Source: Hyperthermus butylicus DSM 5456 (lineage in GTDB: Archaea; Thermoproteota; Thermoprotei_A; Sulfolobales; Pyrodictiaceae). From it: a stretch of 32,000 bases of DNA. The position numbers were made by a program, and so were the translations under genes. Below the pieces are notes generated by a model. The model was given only the letters and a program-made list of their open reading frames with translations, searched no databases and had not been told where the DNA came from. This document shows positions 1 through 8,541 of this stretch, piece after piece (position 1 is the first letter of the stretch; the number at the start of each line of letters is the position of its first letter). Location of the stretch: the NCBI RefSeq assembly GCF_000015145.1, contig NC_008818.1, forward strand, positions 390,001-422,000. The letters are read 5' to 3'.

Positions 1-320
1 CTTAGCTCCTTAGTGGGGGTGCTAGGAGTAGTATTATAAAGAGTAACGGGCCGAGTATGAGGCCTGCGAGCCTCGTATTCATTTCCGCACTCCCTATTAG
101 ATTTTTTAGATCCATTTAGACCACAAAATCTAAAATATCTTCCCCACAATCTTAGGCGGAAAGAAGATGCTTAAAAGCGTTACTACCGGAACAACTATGA
201 ATGGGTTCAGCTGCCGCTGATTTTCTCACAGCCCCCCGCCCCTGGGGGCTCAACAACAGGGGTTCTCACCATCACCCTGGAGATAGGGTGTTACAGCCAA
301 CCTTCACTCTAGCGTCCACG

Positions 321-1739
321 CTAGCCACAAGGGGCTATGGGAGCTTCGTCACCGACAACACATGCAACAGTTGTCTTCGTTACTGCTGCCCTCTTATAGA
401 GTCTTGACACTATAAACCTCCTATATATCGGGTTCTTGGAAAGCTTTATGTGTAGCTCGCTCGTAGTCATAGCATATATCTCCCAGTTTCGCAGAGCAGG
501 ACACATGTAGCAGCCTATCCTGTAAAAGCCATAGTAGTACATGGGGTTTAAGGGGAGCCCATTCATAATGATGTACAGCTGTACGTGCGCAGCACTCCAC
601 ATACGCAATGGCGTAACAACTAACATGTCGCCAGTGTAGGCCCTCCGTACGGGTGGCCTGGCGCTACGCCTAGGCGATTCCGCGTCACGGTCACCAACTA
701 CTAAGAGCGTTTTGCCTTCAGCAAGCTTTACGGCCATCTCCTCTATAGACTTAACCTTGAGTATTGTACACCACCTATCACCATGACTTGGAAGCGGCGC
801 ACCTCTCATTAGCTCCTTGTCTATACCAGCATATGCTCTTACAACCTCTATGCCCAGCTTCTCTGCAACCTCTTCGACGTAGCGTACCGAATCGGGGAAC
901 TCCGTGCCAGTATCGCCGTATACAACTCTTACACGATCTTTTCCATACGCCTTTAGGGCTAAGAGTAGCGCTGCTGTACTATCCTTACCACCGCTCCAGG
1001 GGACTATGATTGTATCAAATTCGCCTAAGCTCCTTAGGAAGCGTATAGCTGCCCGCTCATATATCCCAATTACCTCCCTGTTAGCCTCAACGAGGCTATC
1101 CATGCTAACGCTTATTGGCTCTATGCCATCATTTATGCGTGATGCTCTCGGCTTAAACCCAGCATCGCCTATATCTAGCTCGACTACAGGGTTGGGACCA
1201 TTGTATACTATGTGTGTCCCACCGGTAGTCCTAACAACGAGGGGGTTTTCGCCAATTAGCGTCCCGGATAGTCTTGAAACGAGGCGAGAGAAACGACCAA
1301 CACCTATGAAGACTTCGTAGCTCGGTGCAGGGTCTTCAAGCTGGGGATCTATTGGTGACCCAACTGGCCCGAAGACATAAGCCCTCCTGGACTCATCCCA
1401 GGATGTCGCTACCCGGAACATTGTGCGCGCCTTTACAACCTCCATGTATAACTGCTCGAGCCTAGCATTTCGCACTCTTGCACGCGGTACAACGCGGAGC
1501 ACAACATTTGGTGGAAGCCATTCGGCGAGATGACTAGCTACCTCCCTATCCTCCCTGCCAAGGAGCACTATATAGAACTTATCCGGCTCAATTATCTCCT
1601 CAAGAGCCGCTTCCGCGGCCGCAGGACTACGAGCGCCATGGAGCGTTTTAACATCTACGCCCCAGTCCCGGTAGAACCTCTCAACCATTGCTGAAACTGC
1701 AGCAGCATCCTTGCGGCTTCTAACTACTATCGTGAACAT
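321..1739 (-). CDS. PP-loop ATPase / phosphoadenosine phosphosulfate reductase-like protein with long N-terminal extension
   Basis: PP-loop motif IIVPWSGGKDSTAALLLAL, then TGTEFPDSVRYVEEV, RWCTILKVK and a C-terminal GCYMCPALRNWE CxxC region. The order matches the PAPS reductase/adenylyltransferase superfamily. Confidence 0.8.
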   Translation of the reverse strand: MFTIVVRSRKDAAAVSAMVERFYRDWGVDVKTLHGARSPAAAEAALEEIIEPDKFYIVLLGREDREVASHLAEWLPPNVVLRVVPRARVRNARLEQLYMEVVKARTMFRVATSWDESRRAYVFGPVGSPIDPQLEDPAPSYEVFIGVGRFSRLVSRLSGTLIGENPLVVRTTGGTHIVYNGPNPVVELDIGDAGFKPRASRINDGIEPISVSMDSLVEANREVIGIYERAAIRFLRSLGEFDTIIVPWSGGKDSTAALLLALKAYGKDRVRVVYGDTGTEFPDSVRYVEEVAEKLGIEVVRAYAGIDKELMRGAPLPSHGDRWCTILKVKSIEEMAVKLAEGKTLLVVGDRDAESPRRSARPPVRRAYTGDMLVVTPLRMWSAAHVQLYIIMNGLPLNPMYYYGFYRIGCYMCPALRNWEIYAMTTSELHIKLSKNPIYRRFIVSRLYKRAAVTKTTVACVVGDEAPIAPCG

Positions 1740-1924
1740 AGCTCCTGCCCTACCCTTACACGCGCGGTAAGGATGTAGACCCGCCCCACTCTCTTAATCA
1801 TAACCTCCTGGGTGGTGTAGCTACACGCTACCGGGCAGGGCTGGGTTGATGAGGGGTTGAGTCGCCGACCCTGGGGGAATGGGGAGACCGCCCCCTGCAC
1901 AGTCTCTGACCGCGGTGTGACGCC

Positions 1925-3142
1925 TTGACCGAACTTTACCCGCTCATTGAGGGAGGCCGTGTCGTAGGCGTTATCGGCAGTGGCGGCGATGCAACAAAGA
2001 TTTGCGGGTTTAGCGGTGGATGCCGCTACTACCTCTGGTTAAGTGTCAACGAGGCTGTGGATGTTACCAGCCTACTTGCCCGCGGACGCGTTCTCGAGCT
2101 GAAAGGGCCTAGAGGGCGGAGTTTTGCACCTATAACTTCGTGGCTCGCTTCACCACCCTACGTGCATGCGCGTACCGTGCCGGATCTCGATGAGTATGCA
2201 CGCTGGCTCGCTAGAAGTGTTGGGAGTGAGATTAGGGGGCGGAGGATACTCCTAGGGTTCAGTGGCGGCAAGGACTCGGTTGCGGCACTCATCACGCTCG
2301 TCAAGCTCATGGAGTATGTTAGCTTTAAGCTTCACGTCATGTATATTCATATCCCCTTCCTAGAGTCGCCCCGCAATGTGAGGTTTATAGAGCAGGTTTC
2401 GAGGAGGCTTGGCGTCGAGATAGAGGTGTTAGAGGCTCCACGGAGAGATATGAAGAGCCTACTAAAGTGGAAAGGCATGCCCCGTAGGGGGTTTAGGTTC
2501 TGCACAGTCTACAAGGCCAAGCCTATGAGGAAGCTCCGCAAGGAGGATCCCAAACTCATAGAGGTTATTGGCGATAGACTCACAGAGTCACCTAAGAGGT
2601 TTGAGAGGCTCTCCAAGGCTGCTATACACCGTGTTGTACTTGTCGGGAGAAAGTTTAGGCCAACCTACCTCTACACATTGTTGGACGTAGTAGATATCGT
2701 CAGGCGGCACGGACTCGTTCATCCAGACTACCTGGACGGTGTTCCAAGGGTTGCATGTAGCTTGTGCCCCTACAAGGCTCTCCACGAGTTTCGCCGGCTC
2801 CCCGAGCTGGAGGATCTAGACCTCATAGAGCAGGTTTGGGAAAAGATGTGGAAGAAGTGGTATTCATGGACAAGCTTTGATGTCTTTCGGAGCCAGCACC
2901 TCTGGAGATTTAGCGCTATTCTCGCTAAACCGCTCCTCTACGCTAAGGAGTTAGTTGCTGAAAAAGCTGGAGACGCTGACAGGTTGACTGGCGACTATGT
3001 TGAGAAGGCTTATCGGAGAGTCTGGGTGGAGCCAATCCCGAAGGCGCCAGAGCTTGAGGAGCCCTGGACTGCAGCCGAACTAGCGTTGAGGGCTTGGAAG
3101 AAGAAGCTACCGATAGCTGTTCCTGAGCAGGAGGAGGAATAA
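1925..3142 (+). CDS. PP-loop ATPase / phosphoadenosine phosphosulfate reductase-like protein (TTG start)
   Basis: ILLGFSGGKDSVAALITLVKL PP-loop, RFCTVYKAKPMRKL, IGDRLTESPKRFERLSKA and ACSLCPYKALHEFR. GGTG-type ribosome-binding sequence lies upstream of the TTG. Confidence 0.8.
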   Translation: MTELYPLIEGGRVVGVIGSGGDATKICGFSGGCRYYLWLSVNEAVDVTSLLARGRVLELKGPRGRSFAPITSWLASPPYVHARTVPDLDEYARWLARSVGSEIRGRRILLGFSGGKDSVAALITLVKLMEYVSFKLHVMYIHIPFLESPRNVRFIEQVSRRLGVEIEVLEAPRRDMKSLLKWKGMPRRGFRFCTVYKAKPMRKLRKEDPKLIEVIGDRLTESPKRFERLSKAAIHRVVLVGRKFRPTYLYTLLDVVDIVRRHGLVHPDYLDGVPRVACSLCPYKALHEFRRLPELEDLDLIEQVWEKMWKKWYSWTSFDVFRSQHLWRFSAILAKPLLYAKELVAEKAGDADRLTGDYVEKAYRRVWVEPIPKAPELEEPWTAAELALRAWKKKLPIAVPEQEEE

Positions 3143-4870
3143 GCGATACACAGCCAACGCCAGCACTATCGATGCCGCGTAGAGGATTGACATTGCCGCT
3201 GATAGTGCTGGAGCATATTTCAGCCCCTCGAACCCCATATAGCTAGCAACAAGATACATGAGAGGAGCAGGATGTGTTGTACCGCTAGAGCCTCCTAGAC
3301 CACCTATGGTTATTGATAGGCTTACTTCAGAGGCTATACTCACAGCTACGTAGGCAGCACCATAACTGCTGGCCTGGAGAGCTAGTGGCGCCACTATAGC
3401 TGCTAGCTTGCGGGCTACACCTGCTCCAAGGTTTGTTGCCACCTCCTCAAGTTCTAAGGGTATGCTGGCTATTGCCGTCTGGAACAGCTTGTATAATAGT
3501 GGAAGTCTCCTAGCAGCATAGCCTAGTACAAGGTATAGTTGGGGGGTAATAAGTGGGTCTAGGATCGTGCCTCGAAGGAGGTCATGGTATGCAAAGAATA
3601 CAGCGTACGCAACAGCTATACCAGGTATAGCCAGCGGCGACATAAGTACTGCATCAAAGAGAGCTGTACTCCTTCCATAACCTCTAGCTACTGCATAGGC
3701 TGCCGTGACTGCTACAGGAGCCAGTAGTAAAAGGCTGATAACTGTATAGACAATACTGTTAGCTATCCCCCTCGCTATATCGGGGTTCTCAGCGAGCAGT
3801 CTTAGGCCGCCAAAGCCTGGCGAAGGGAGAAGTTCTGCAACCCACCTATCACTGAAACCATAGGCTACCGCGAGAAGCTTAAGCGCAGCTGGTAGCAGAG
3901 CAGCAGCAACAACACCCACGATGAATGGTAGGGCTCTTGTGTCAAGCATTGCTAGGGGGGCACGGTAGCGCATAGATCCCGCAGGCGCCGCCCTATAGGC
4001 AACAGCTATACTGGGATAAGCCGCTATGAAAGCTATGAGAGAGAGCAGTGTCAGTATAGCTATGTAGCCTATGGCAGAAAGCGAAAATGTACCGGTCACA
4101 GTGTCCATGAAGTAGCTGTAAGCCCTAAAGGCGAGCAAACTGCGTGCACTAGGGTCTTGCTGGAAAACATATGGACCAGCTACATCATCCAAGCTCAAGA
4201 CAAAGATTAGCGAAATGCTTGCAGCTACAGCTGGTCTGGAGAGACGTGCCGTTAGTAGAGTATGCTGCAGCAGCGAAACACCATGCTGTACTGCCGCCTC
4301 ATAAGCCTCACGTGCAACACCAATAGAGTATGTGTATATCAGAATAAGTGCTAGCGGCGCAAACACAGCTATTTGATATACTGCAACACCTGCAAGGCCG
4401 CGGAAGGTTATACAGAAACCAAACGGTCTGAGGATACTATTCACAAGGCCATAATCAGGGTTAAATATGCGCTGAACCACGTAAGCCTCAACAAACGGGT
4501 ATGGAAGGAGGGCCACGAGAGCCAGGACTAGACTGATTCTCAAGGGACGGTATAGGAGTATACCCGTAGCAGCTAGCAAGCCAAGGAGTGTCGAGGCAAG
4601 CGATACAAGGCATGCAACCACGAGGCTATTGGGTATAACGCCTAGGTCTGCACCCCTGATAATGAATAATCTACAGTTAGGCTTGTCAGCCACAGTAATT
4701 GGCTCCTCAACCCCTACTACTGGCGCAATAGAGCCTGGCTCGCTAAGAGCTAGACTAAGCCCCTTAACCAGCTGGCTCGGCGAGAGAAGGAGAGCCAGAG
4801 GTATAATCACTATAAGAGCTATGAGTAGTAGTGCGGGTAACACGAAAAATAGACGCTGTGAGGGCTTCAT
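3107..4870 (-). CDS. ABC transporter permease, double-length (iron/thiamine/spermidine-type)
   Basis: 587 aa, highly hydrophobic, with two halves resembling binding-protein-dependent permeases (e.g. SPLAIPGIAVAYAVFF and SIPLELEEVATNLGAGVARKLAAIVAPL, an EAA-like loop). Confidence 0.8.
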   Translation of the reverse strand: MKPSQRLFFVLPALLLIALIVIIPLALLLSPSQLVKGLSLALSEPGSIAPVVGVEEPITVADKPNCRLFIIRGADLGVIPNSLVVACLVSLASTLLGLLAATGILLYRPLRISLVLALVALLPYPFVEAYVVQRIFNPDYGLVNSILRPFGFCITFRGLAGVAVYQIAVFAPLALILIYTYSIGVAREAYEAAVQHGVSLLQHTLLTARLSRPAVAASISLIFVLSLDDVAGPYVFQQDPSARSLLAFRAYSYFMDTVTGTFSLSAIGYIAILTLLSLIAFIAAYPSIAVAYRAAPAGSMRYRAPLAMLDTRALPFIVGVVAAALLPAALKLLAVAYGFSDRWVAELLPSPGFGGLRLLAENPDIARGIANSIVYTVISLLLLAPVAVTAAYAVARGYGRSTALFDAVLMSPLAIPGIAVAYAVFFAYHDLLRGTILDPLITPQLYLVLGYAARRLPLLYKLFQTAIASIPLELEEVATNLGAGVARKLAAIVAPLALQASSYGAAYVAVSIASEVSLSITIGGLGGSSGTTHPAPLMYLVASYMGFEGLKYAPALSAAMSILYAASIVLALAVYRLFLLLLRNSYR

Positions 4871-4878
4871 ACACGCTT

Positions 4879-6285
4879 CTACCCAGCGAGCTTCTCGAGC
4901 TCAGACAGTATAGACCTGTACTGTTCTAGGGCTACAGTTTTTACTGCGTTGTAGAACTTGTCTCTGTCCTCGGAGCTTCTAAGTTTGGAGTTTATCTTCT
5001 TTGCATACTCTAGAGTAAATACAACCTCCTCGCCACTCCATGGATCCTTTATCCTTAGCGGTGAGCCAAGCTTTGCCAGTATGTCTGCATAGCCGTTCTC
5101 GTCTATCTTGCCCTCTTCATAGAGCTGTGCTAATAGCTTACCAATACGTTTGAGCAGCTTGTTGGCGGCAGGGTCGGCTATTGTTGCCTCAAAGTAAGTT
5201 GTAACTGCCAGGTCTACCTCTGAGGCTAATGTGCGGTTGTACTCGAATATGTTGTTCCTCAACTCGCTGTAGATCCTTTCGACCCAGTCTATGCCGGAAA
5301 CTGGCCTCACAGGTATGTAGTAAAATAGCCTTGCTAGTGCACGCTGACCCTCATCGCTTAGCAGCCAGAGTATGAATGCCTGCATCTGCTCTTTATGCTT
5401 ACTAGCCTTCGCTACAGCCGCTATAGAGATATACAGTATGCCCTCACCCTCCGGCACTCTGAAGACCGCGCCCCTACCCTGCTTCTCAGCCTCAATACCA
5501 TAACCTATGTATGCCGGTGCTACACCCACCAAACCCTCGGCTGCTTGATCACGGGCTAACTCGGAACTATCAACAATACCAGCCTCCATACCTATAACTG
5601 TGAGGAGTTGCCAGCCCCTCTCCCAGCCATACTTTTGCAGTATGCCATGCACTATTGTCCGTGCTGTACCACTCTTACTCGGCCTTGGGAAGGACACCAT
5701 GTAGACCTCCTCAACCAGCGGCCGGAGGTATATTGGGTTCACGAGGTCGCCCCAGGTTCTGGGCTCCGGCAGACCGTACCTTTCAAGGAACACCTTGTTT
5801 ACTATGAAGCCGTAGACTGCTTGGCCAACTGCAACCCAGCAAATCTCGCTGCTACTCGCCCTACCCAGGTACCTCTCGTCAAGCTCCCCTACGATGTCTA
5901 GGAGTTCATCCAACGTTAGTGGTGCTAGATGGCCCTCACTGCAGAGTCTATCGTAGACAGGCTTCTCGCCTATGAAGAATCCATCCACCTCTCCGCTCTC
6001 GGCAAGACTTGGCCACTGTGCATAGTCCAGCTTCCTAAACTCCACATCTGCTATACCGTACTCCCTCGCTATGCTACTGTTGAGAAATGCCTCACGAAGA
6101 GCTTGTTGCTCCTCGGGCGAAAGCCTGGTAACAATTACCAGCTTTACACCTTGGGCCCCCGTTTCTCCCCCCTGCATATAGAGAATAGCTACAGCTATAA
6201 CTATCATTATGGCTATTATAGCTGCACTAGTTAGGAGGAGGCGCTGCGACACCATATACTTACCACCAGTGCACGAGCAAAGCAA
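4879..6285 (-). CDS. Extracellular solute-binding protein (ABC importer component), membrane anchored; true start probably the ATG at about 6255
   Basis: N-terminal hydrophobic signal/anchor LLLTSAAIIAIMIVIAVAILYM, then VKLVIVTRLSPEEQQALREAF and a type-1/6-like binding-protein core (AFILWLLSDEGQRALARLFYYIPVRP). Directly upstream of the permease. Confidence 0.75.
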   Translation of the reverse strand: MLCSCTGGKYMVSQRLLLTSAAIIAIMIVIAVAILYMQGGETGAQGVKLVIVTRLSPEEQQALREAFLNSSIAREYGIADVEFRKLDYAQWPSLAESGEVDGFFIGEKPVYDRLCSEGHLAPLTLDELLDIVGELDERYLGRASSSEICWVAVGQAVYGFIVNKVFLERYGLPEPRTWGDLVNPIYLRPLVEEVYMVSFPRPSKSGTARTIVHGILQKYGWERGWQLLTVIGMEAGIVDSSELARDQAAEGLVGVAPAYIGYGIEAEKQGRGAVFRVPEGEGILYISIAAVAKASKHKEQMQAFILWLLSDEGQRALARLFYYIPVRPVSGIDWVERIYSELRNNIFEYNRTLASEVDLAVTTYFEATIADPAANKLLKRIGKLLAQLYEEGKIDENGYADILAKLGSPLRIKDPWSGEEVVFTLEYAKKINSKLRSSEDRDKFYNAVKTVALEQYRSILSELEKLAG

Positions 6286-6346
6286 AACCGGAATTATAAA
6301 CGTATAGATAACACTCTAATGCTTGTATCGCGCGGGCAGAGCATAG

Positions 6347-7117
6347 GTGAAGGAAGAGGTGGAACCCTCACAGCCAGAACAGTGGATGAGGGACATACTA
6401 GAGTATACAGCCAGCATACTTCAGCGCAGCGGGTTCCAAGCACATCCCCTCACGAGGCTAGCACATGCAGCAGTCGCAGCCGCCCATATCACCGGGTTTG
6501 AACCACTCTACGACTACCCCGTCGAACTCTACTACGAGCTGCAAGAGGCTGCCGAGAAGAGCGCACTATACACGCCTAGATGGAGGCCAGCCTACCAGCT
6601 GCTCGAGGAGGAAGTAGAAGCGTTAGCTGCTTTCGAGGAGGCACTGGCTAGCAGCGACACCGTCTTCCACACCGAACCCATACTCGCGGCAGCAGCTTTA
6701 GGCTACGGCTGTAGAGCTGTAGTAAGCCGCGACTGGCTTGAAGCCGGGTTTACGCCAACGCCAGGTCAACAGATCGTGATTGTGCGCCGCGGAGAGAAGA
6801 GGGCTAGGATCCTGGTGCCACGTAGCCTCTACACGCTAGCCCTTGCGGGCCTTACGGTGTACGGTGTAACACCATACTCCAAGGCTCTGCTACCCGTACC
6901 AGATCCGGCTACGATTAGAAAAAGAGTGTTTATGACAAAGCTCCCCCTTGGGGAGGCCTCGAAAAGACTGGTAGAGATAGTTGATATGTATGTTAAGCCC
7001 GTGTGTAGGCGCGTTGACGAAAACCCCCTCTGGGCTTGTAGGAGCGACACCGTCTTACTGATAGAGTACCGTTTCTCCGGTCCTATTGTGCTTGATGTTA
7101 GGTATGTTTACTGCTAG
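6347..7117 (+). CDS. Hypothetical protein, 256 aa
   Basis: Open frame through an otherwise uncovered interval with a TATA-like AATTATAAACG upstream. No recognised family. Confidence 0.6.
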   Translation: MKEEVEPSQPEQWMRDILEYTASILQRSGFQAHPLTRLAHAAVAAAHITGFEPLYDYPVELYYELQEAAEKSALYTPRWRPAYQLLEEEVEALAAFEEALASSDTVFHTEPILAAAALGYGCRAVVSRDWLEAGFTPTPGQQIVIVRRGEKRARILVPRSLYTLALAGLTVYGVTPYSKALLPVPDPATIRKRVFMTKLPLGEASKRLVEIVDMYVKPVCRRVDENPLWACRSDTVLLIEYRFSGPIVLDVRYVYC

Positions 7118-8535
7118 GCCTTGACAGCTACTGTTATCCCTGACAGCCTTATCCACGGCGCATACCTGCCAAAGCCTGCCCGCTCTACAGTCTTGCCAAG
7201 CAATTCCACGTTATCCCTTAGCTCTCTGTAGAAGTTACCAGAGATCATTGCACCCCTAACCCATCCTTTAGGCTCTCCATTCTCAAAGTATATTGCTGGG
7301 TTGGCTAGCACGCTATACTCGCCTGTTTCACTGTTAGCTGTGTGCGCACCCTGCACTTGATATACGACCAACACCTTGCCCTCAAAGAGTTCTTCCATCA
7401 GTGCATCACCCGGCTCTACAACTACGTTGGTAAAGCCTGGTATAGGCATAGAACTGTAGCCTATCCTTACAGCATTGCCCGTTGAGGCATTGCCAGCTCT
7501 TCTACCCCAGTAGTTGTCGAACACGAAACCCTTCACGACACCCTTCTCAACCAACACCTTCCTCGAAGTGGCTACACCTTCGCCGTCAAATCTCCAGGTG
7601 TTGTCGCCACCCTTCAATGTACCGTCATCAATTATGGTTATTTTCTCGGAGAGTGCCTGCTCCCCCACCTTATCGCCATAGTAGCTTCTGCCCTGCACGT
7701 AAATGTCGCCACGTAGTGAGTAGAGAACAGTTACGCCCAACAACTCCTCGAACACGCTAGGGGCAAGTACCACCGTATACTTGCCGGTCTCAACACCTTT
7801 GGCAAGCTTGGTAGCCTGAAGCACACGGTCAACGACACGGCGGACTAGCACCTCCGCGCTAGGCATTGAGACCCTACTAACTTCGAAGTCGAATACTACT
7901 GGTGTGAGTACACCATTCTTCCTTGCGTTAACACCAACCAGCGTAGCTGCCACCGTACCTACATCAACGCGGTAGACGCCGTTAGTGTTTACTATTGCTC
8001 TCTCGATACGCTCAACACTGACGGACCCCCTTGCAACACTTACACCCTCATATTCTCCGGCAATGCTGAATATCTCGCGTACATGTTCTATAACCGTCTC
8101 AGCACTAGCAGCAGCCAGCTCCGGGCTGTACATGTTGCCTGGCTCCGGATAGGACTGACTAGGCTCGGGCAAGCCTTGCCACTCGGGATCCTCGGGTGCA
8201 ACTTTTGCCTGCTTAACAGCTGCCCTTACAGCCCTACGCATATTCTCCAAATCCAACCCAGTAGTGTAGGCAAAGCCTATCTTCTTGCCAACAGCAACCC
8301 TAATACCGATACCAACATCGTCATTGGATTGAAGCCCTTCAATCTTGCCCGCGAGTATGCGCACTTGGTAGCCACGTGCATGAACTACATAGGCTTCCGC
8401 TTCTGTTGCACCCTCGCGTATAGCCCACCTAGACGCGAGCACAGCCACTTCAACGGGCTGTACACGTTGAGCCGACACACCCATACACCCCACATAGCAC
8501 GGCTCAAACAGATGTGAACACAGAAAGGAATGCAT
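7114..8535 (-). CDS. pmbA: TldD/PmbA family protein, PmbA-type (no HExxxH); start possibly internal near 8481
   Basis: Sequence features VLAPSVFEELLGVTVLYSLRGDIYVQGRSYYGDKVG, TIIDDGTLKGGDNTWRFDGEGVATSRKVLVEKGVVKGFVFDNYWGRRAG and GNAVRIGYSSMPIPGFTNVVVEPG. Confidence 0.85.
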   Translation of the reverse strand: MHSFLCSHLFEPCYVGCMGVSAQRVQPVEVAVLASRWAIREGATEAEAYVVHARGYQVRILAGKIEGLQSNDDVGIGIRVAVGKKIGFAYTTGLDLENMRRAVRAAVKQAKVAPEDPEWQGLPEPSQSYPEPGNMYSPELAAASAETVIEHVREIFSIAGEYEGVSVARGSVSVERIERAIVNTNGVYRVDVGTVAATLVGVNARKNGVLTPVVFDFEVSRVSMPSAEVLVRRVVDRVLQATKLAKGVETGKYTVVLAPSVFEELLGVTVLYSLRGDIYVQGRSYYGDKVGEQALSEKITIIDDGTLKGGDNTWRFDGEGVATSRKVLVEKGVVKGFVFDNYWGRRAGNASTGNAVRIGYSSMPIPGFTNVVVEPGDALMEELFEGKVLVVYQVQGAHTANSETGEYSVLANPAIYFENGEPKGWVRGAMISGNFYRELRDNVELLGKTVERAGFGRYAPWIRLSGITVAVKA

Positions 8536-8541
8536 GGAGGC

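Noticed and set aside
230-250. GC hairpin AGCCCCC-CGCCCCT-GGGGGCT downstream of the 321-1739 gene
   Set aside because: Short G/C-homopolymer arms in GC-rich DNA and no T-run on the relevant strand. It could be a terminator but evidence is too thin for its own feature.
1846-1909. Second possible C/D-box RNA (TTGATGA ... CTGA) upstream of the PP-loop gene
   Set aside because: No C' box at the correct distance from D, no terminal stem, and neither guide region matches an rRNA segment I recognise. Treated only as structured leader DNA.
321-3142. Dnd/phosphorothioation defence system
   Set aside because: Only PP-loop proteins are present. No DndA, B, D, E or Ssp/Pbe partners are recognisable nearby.
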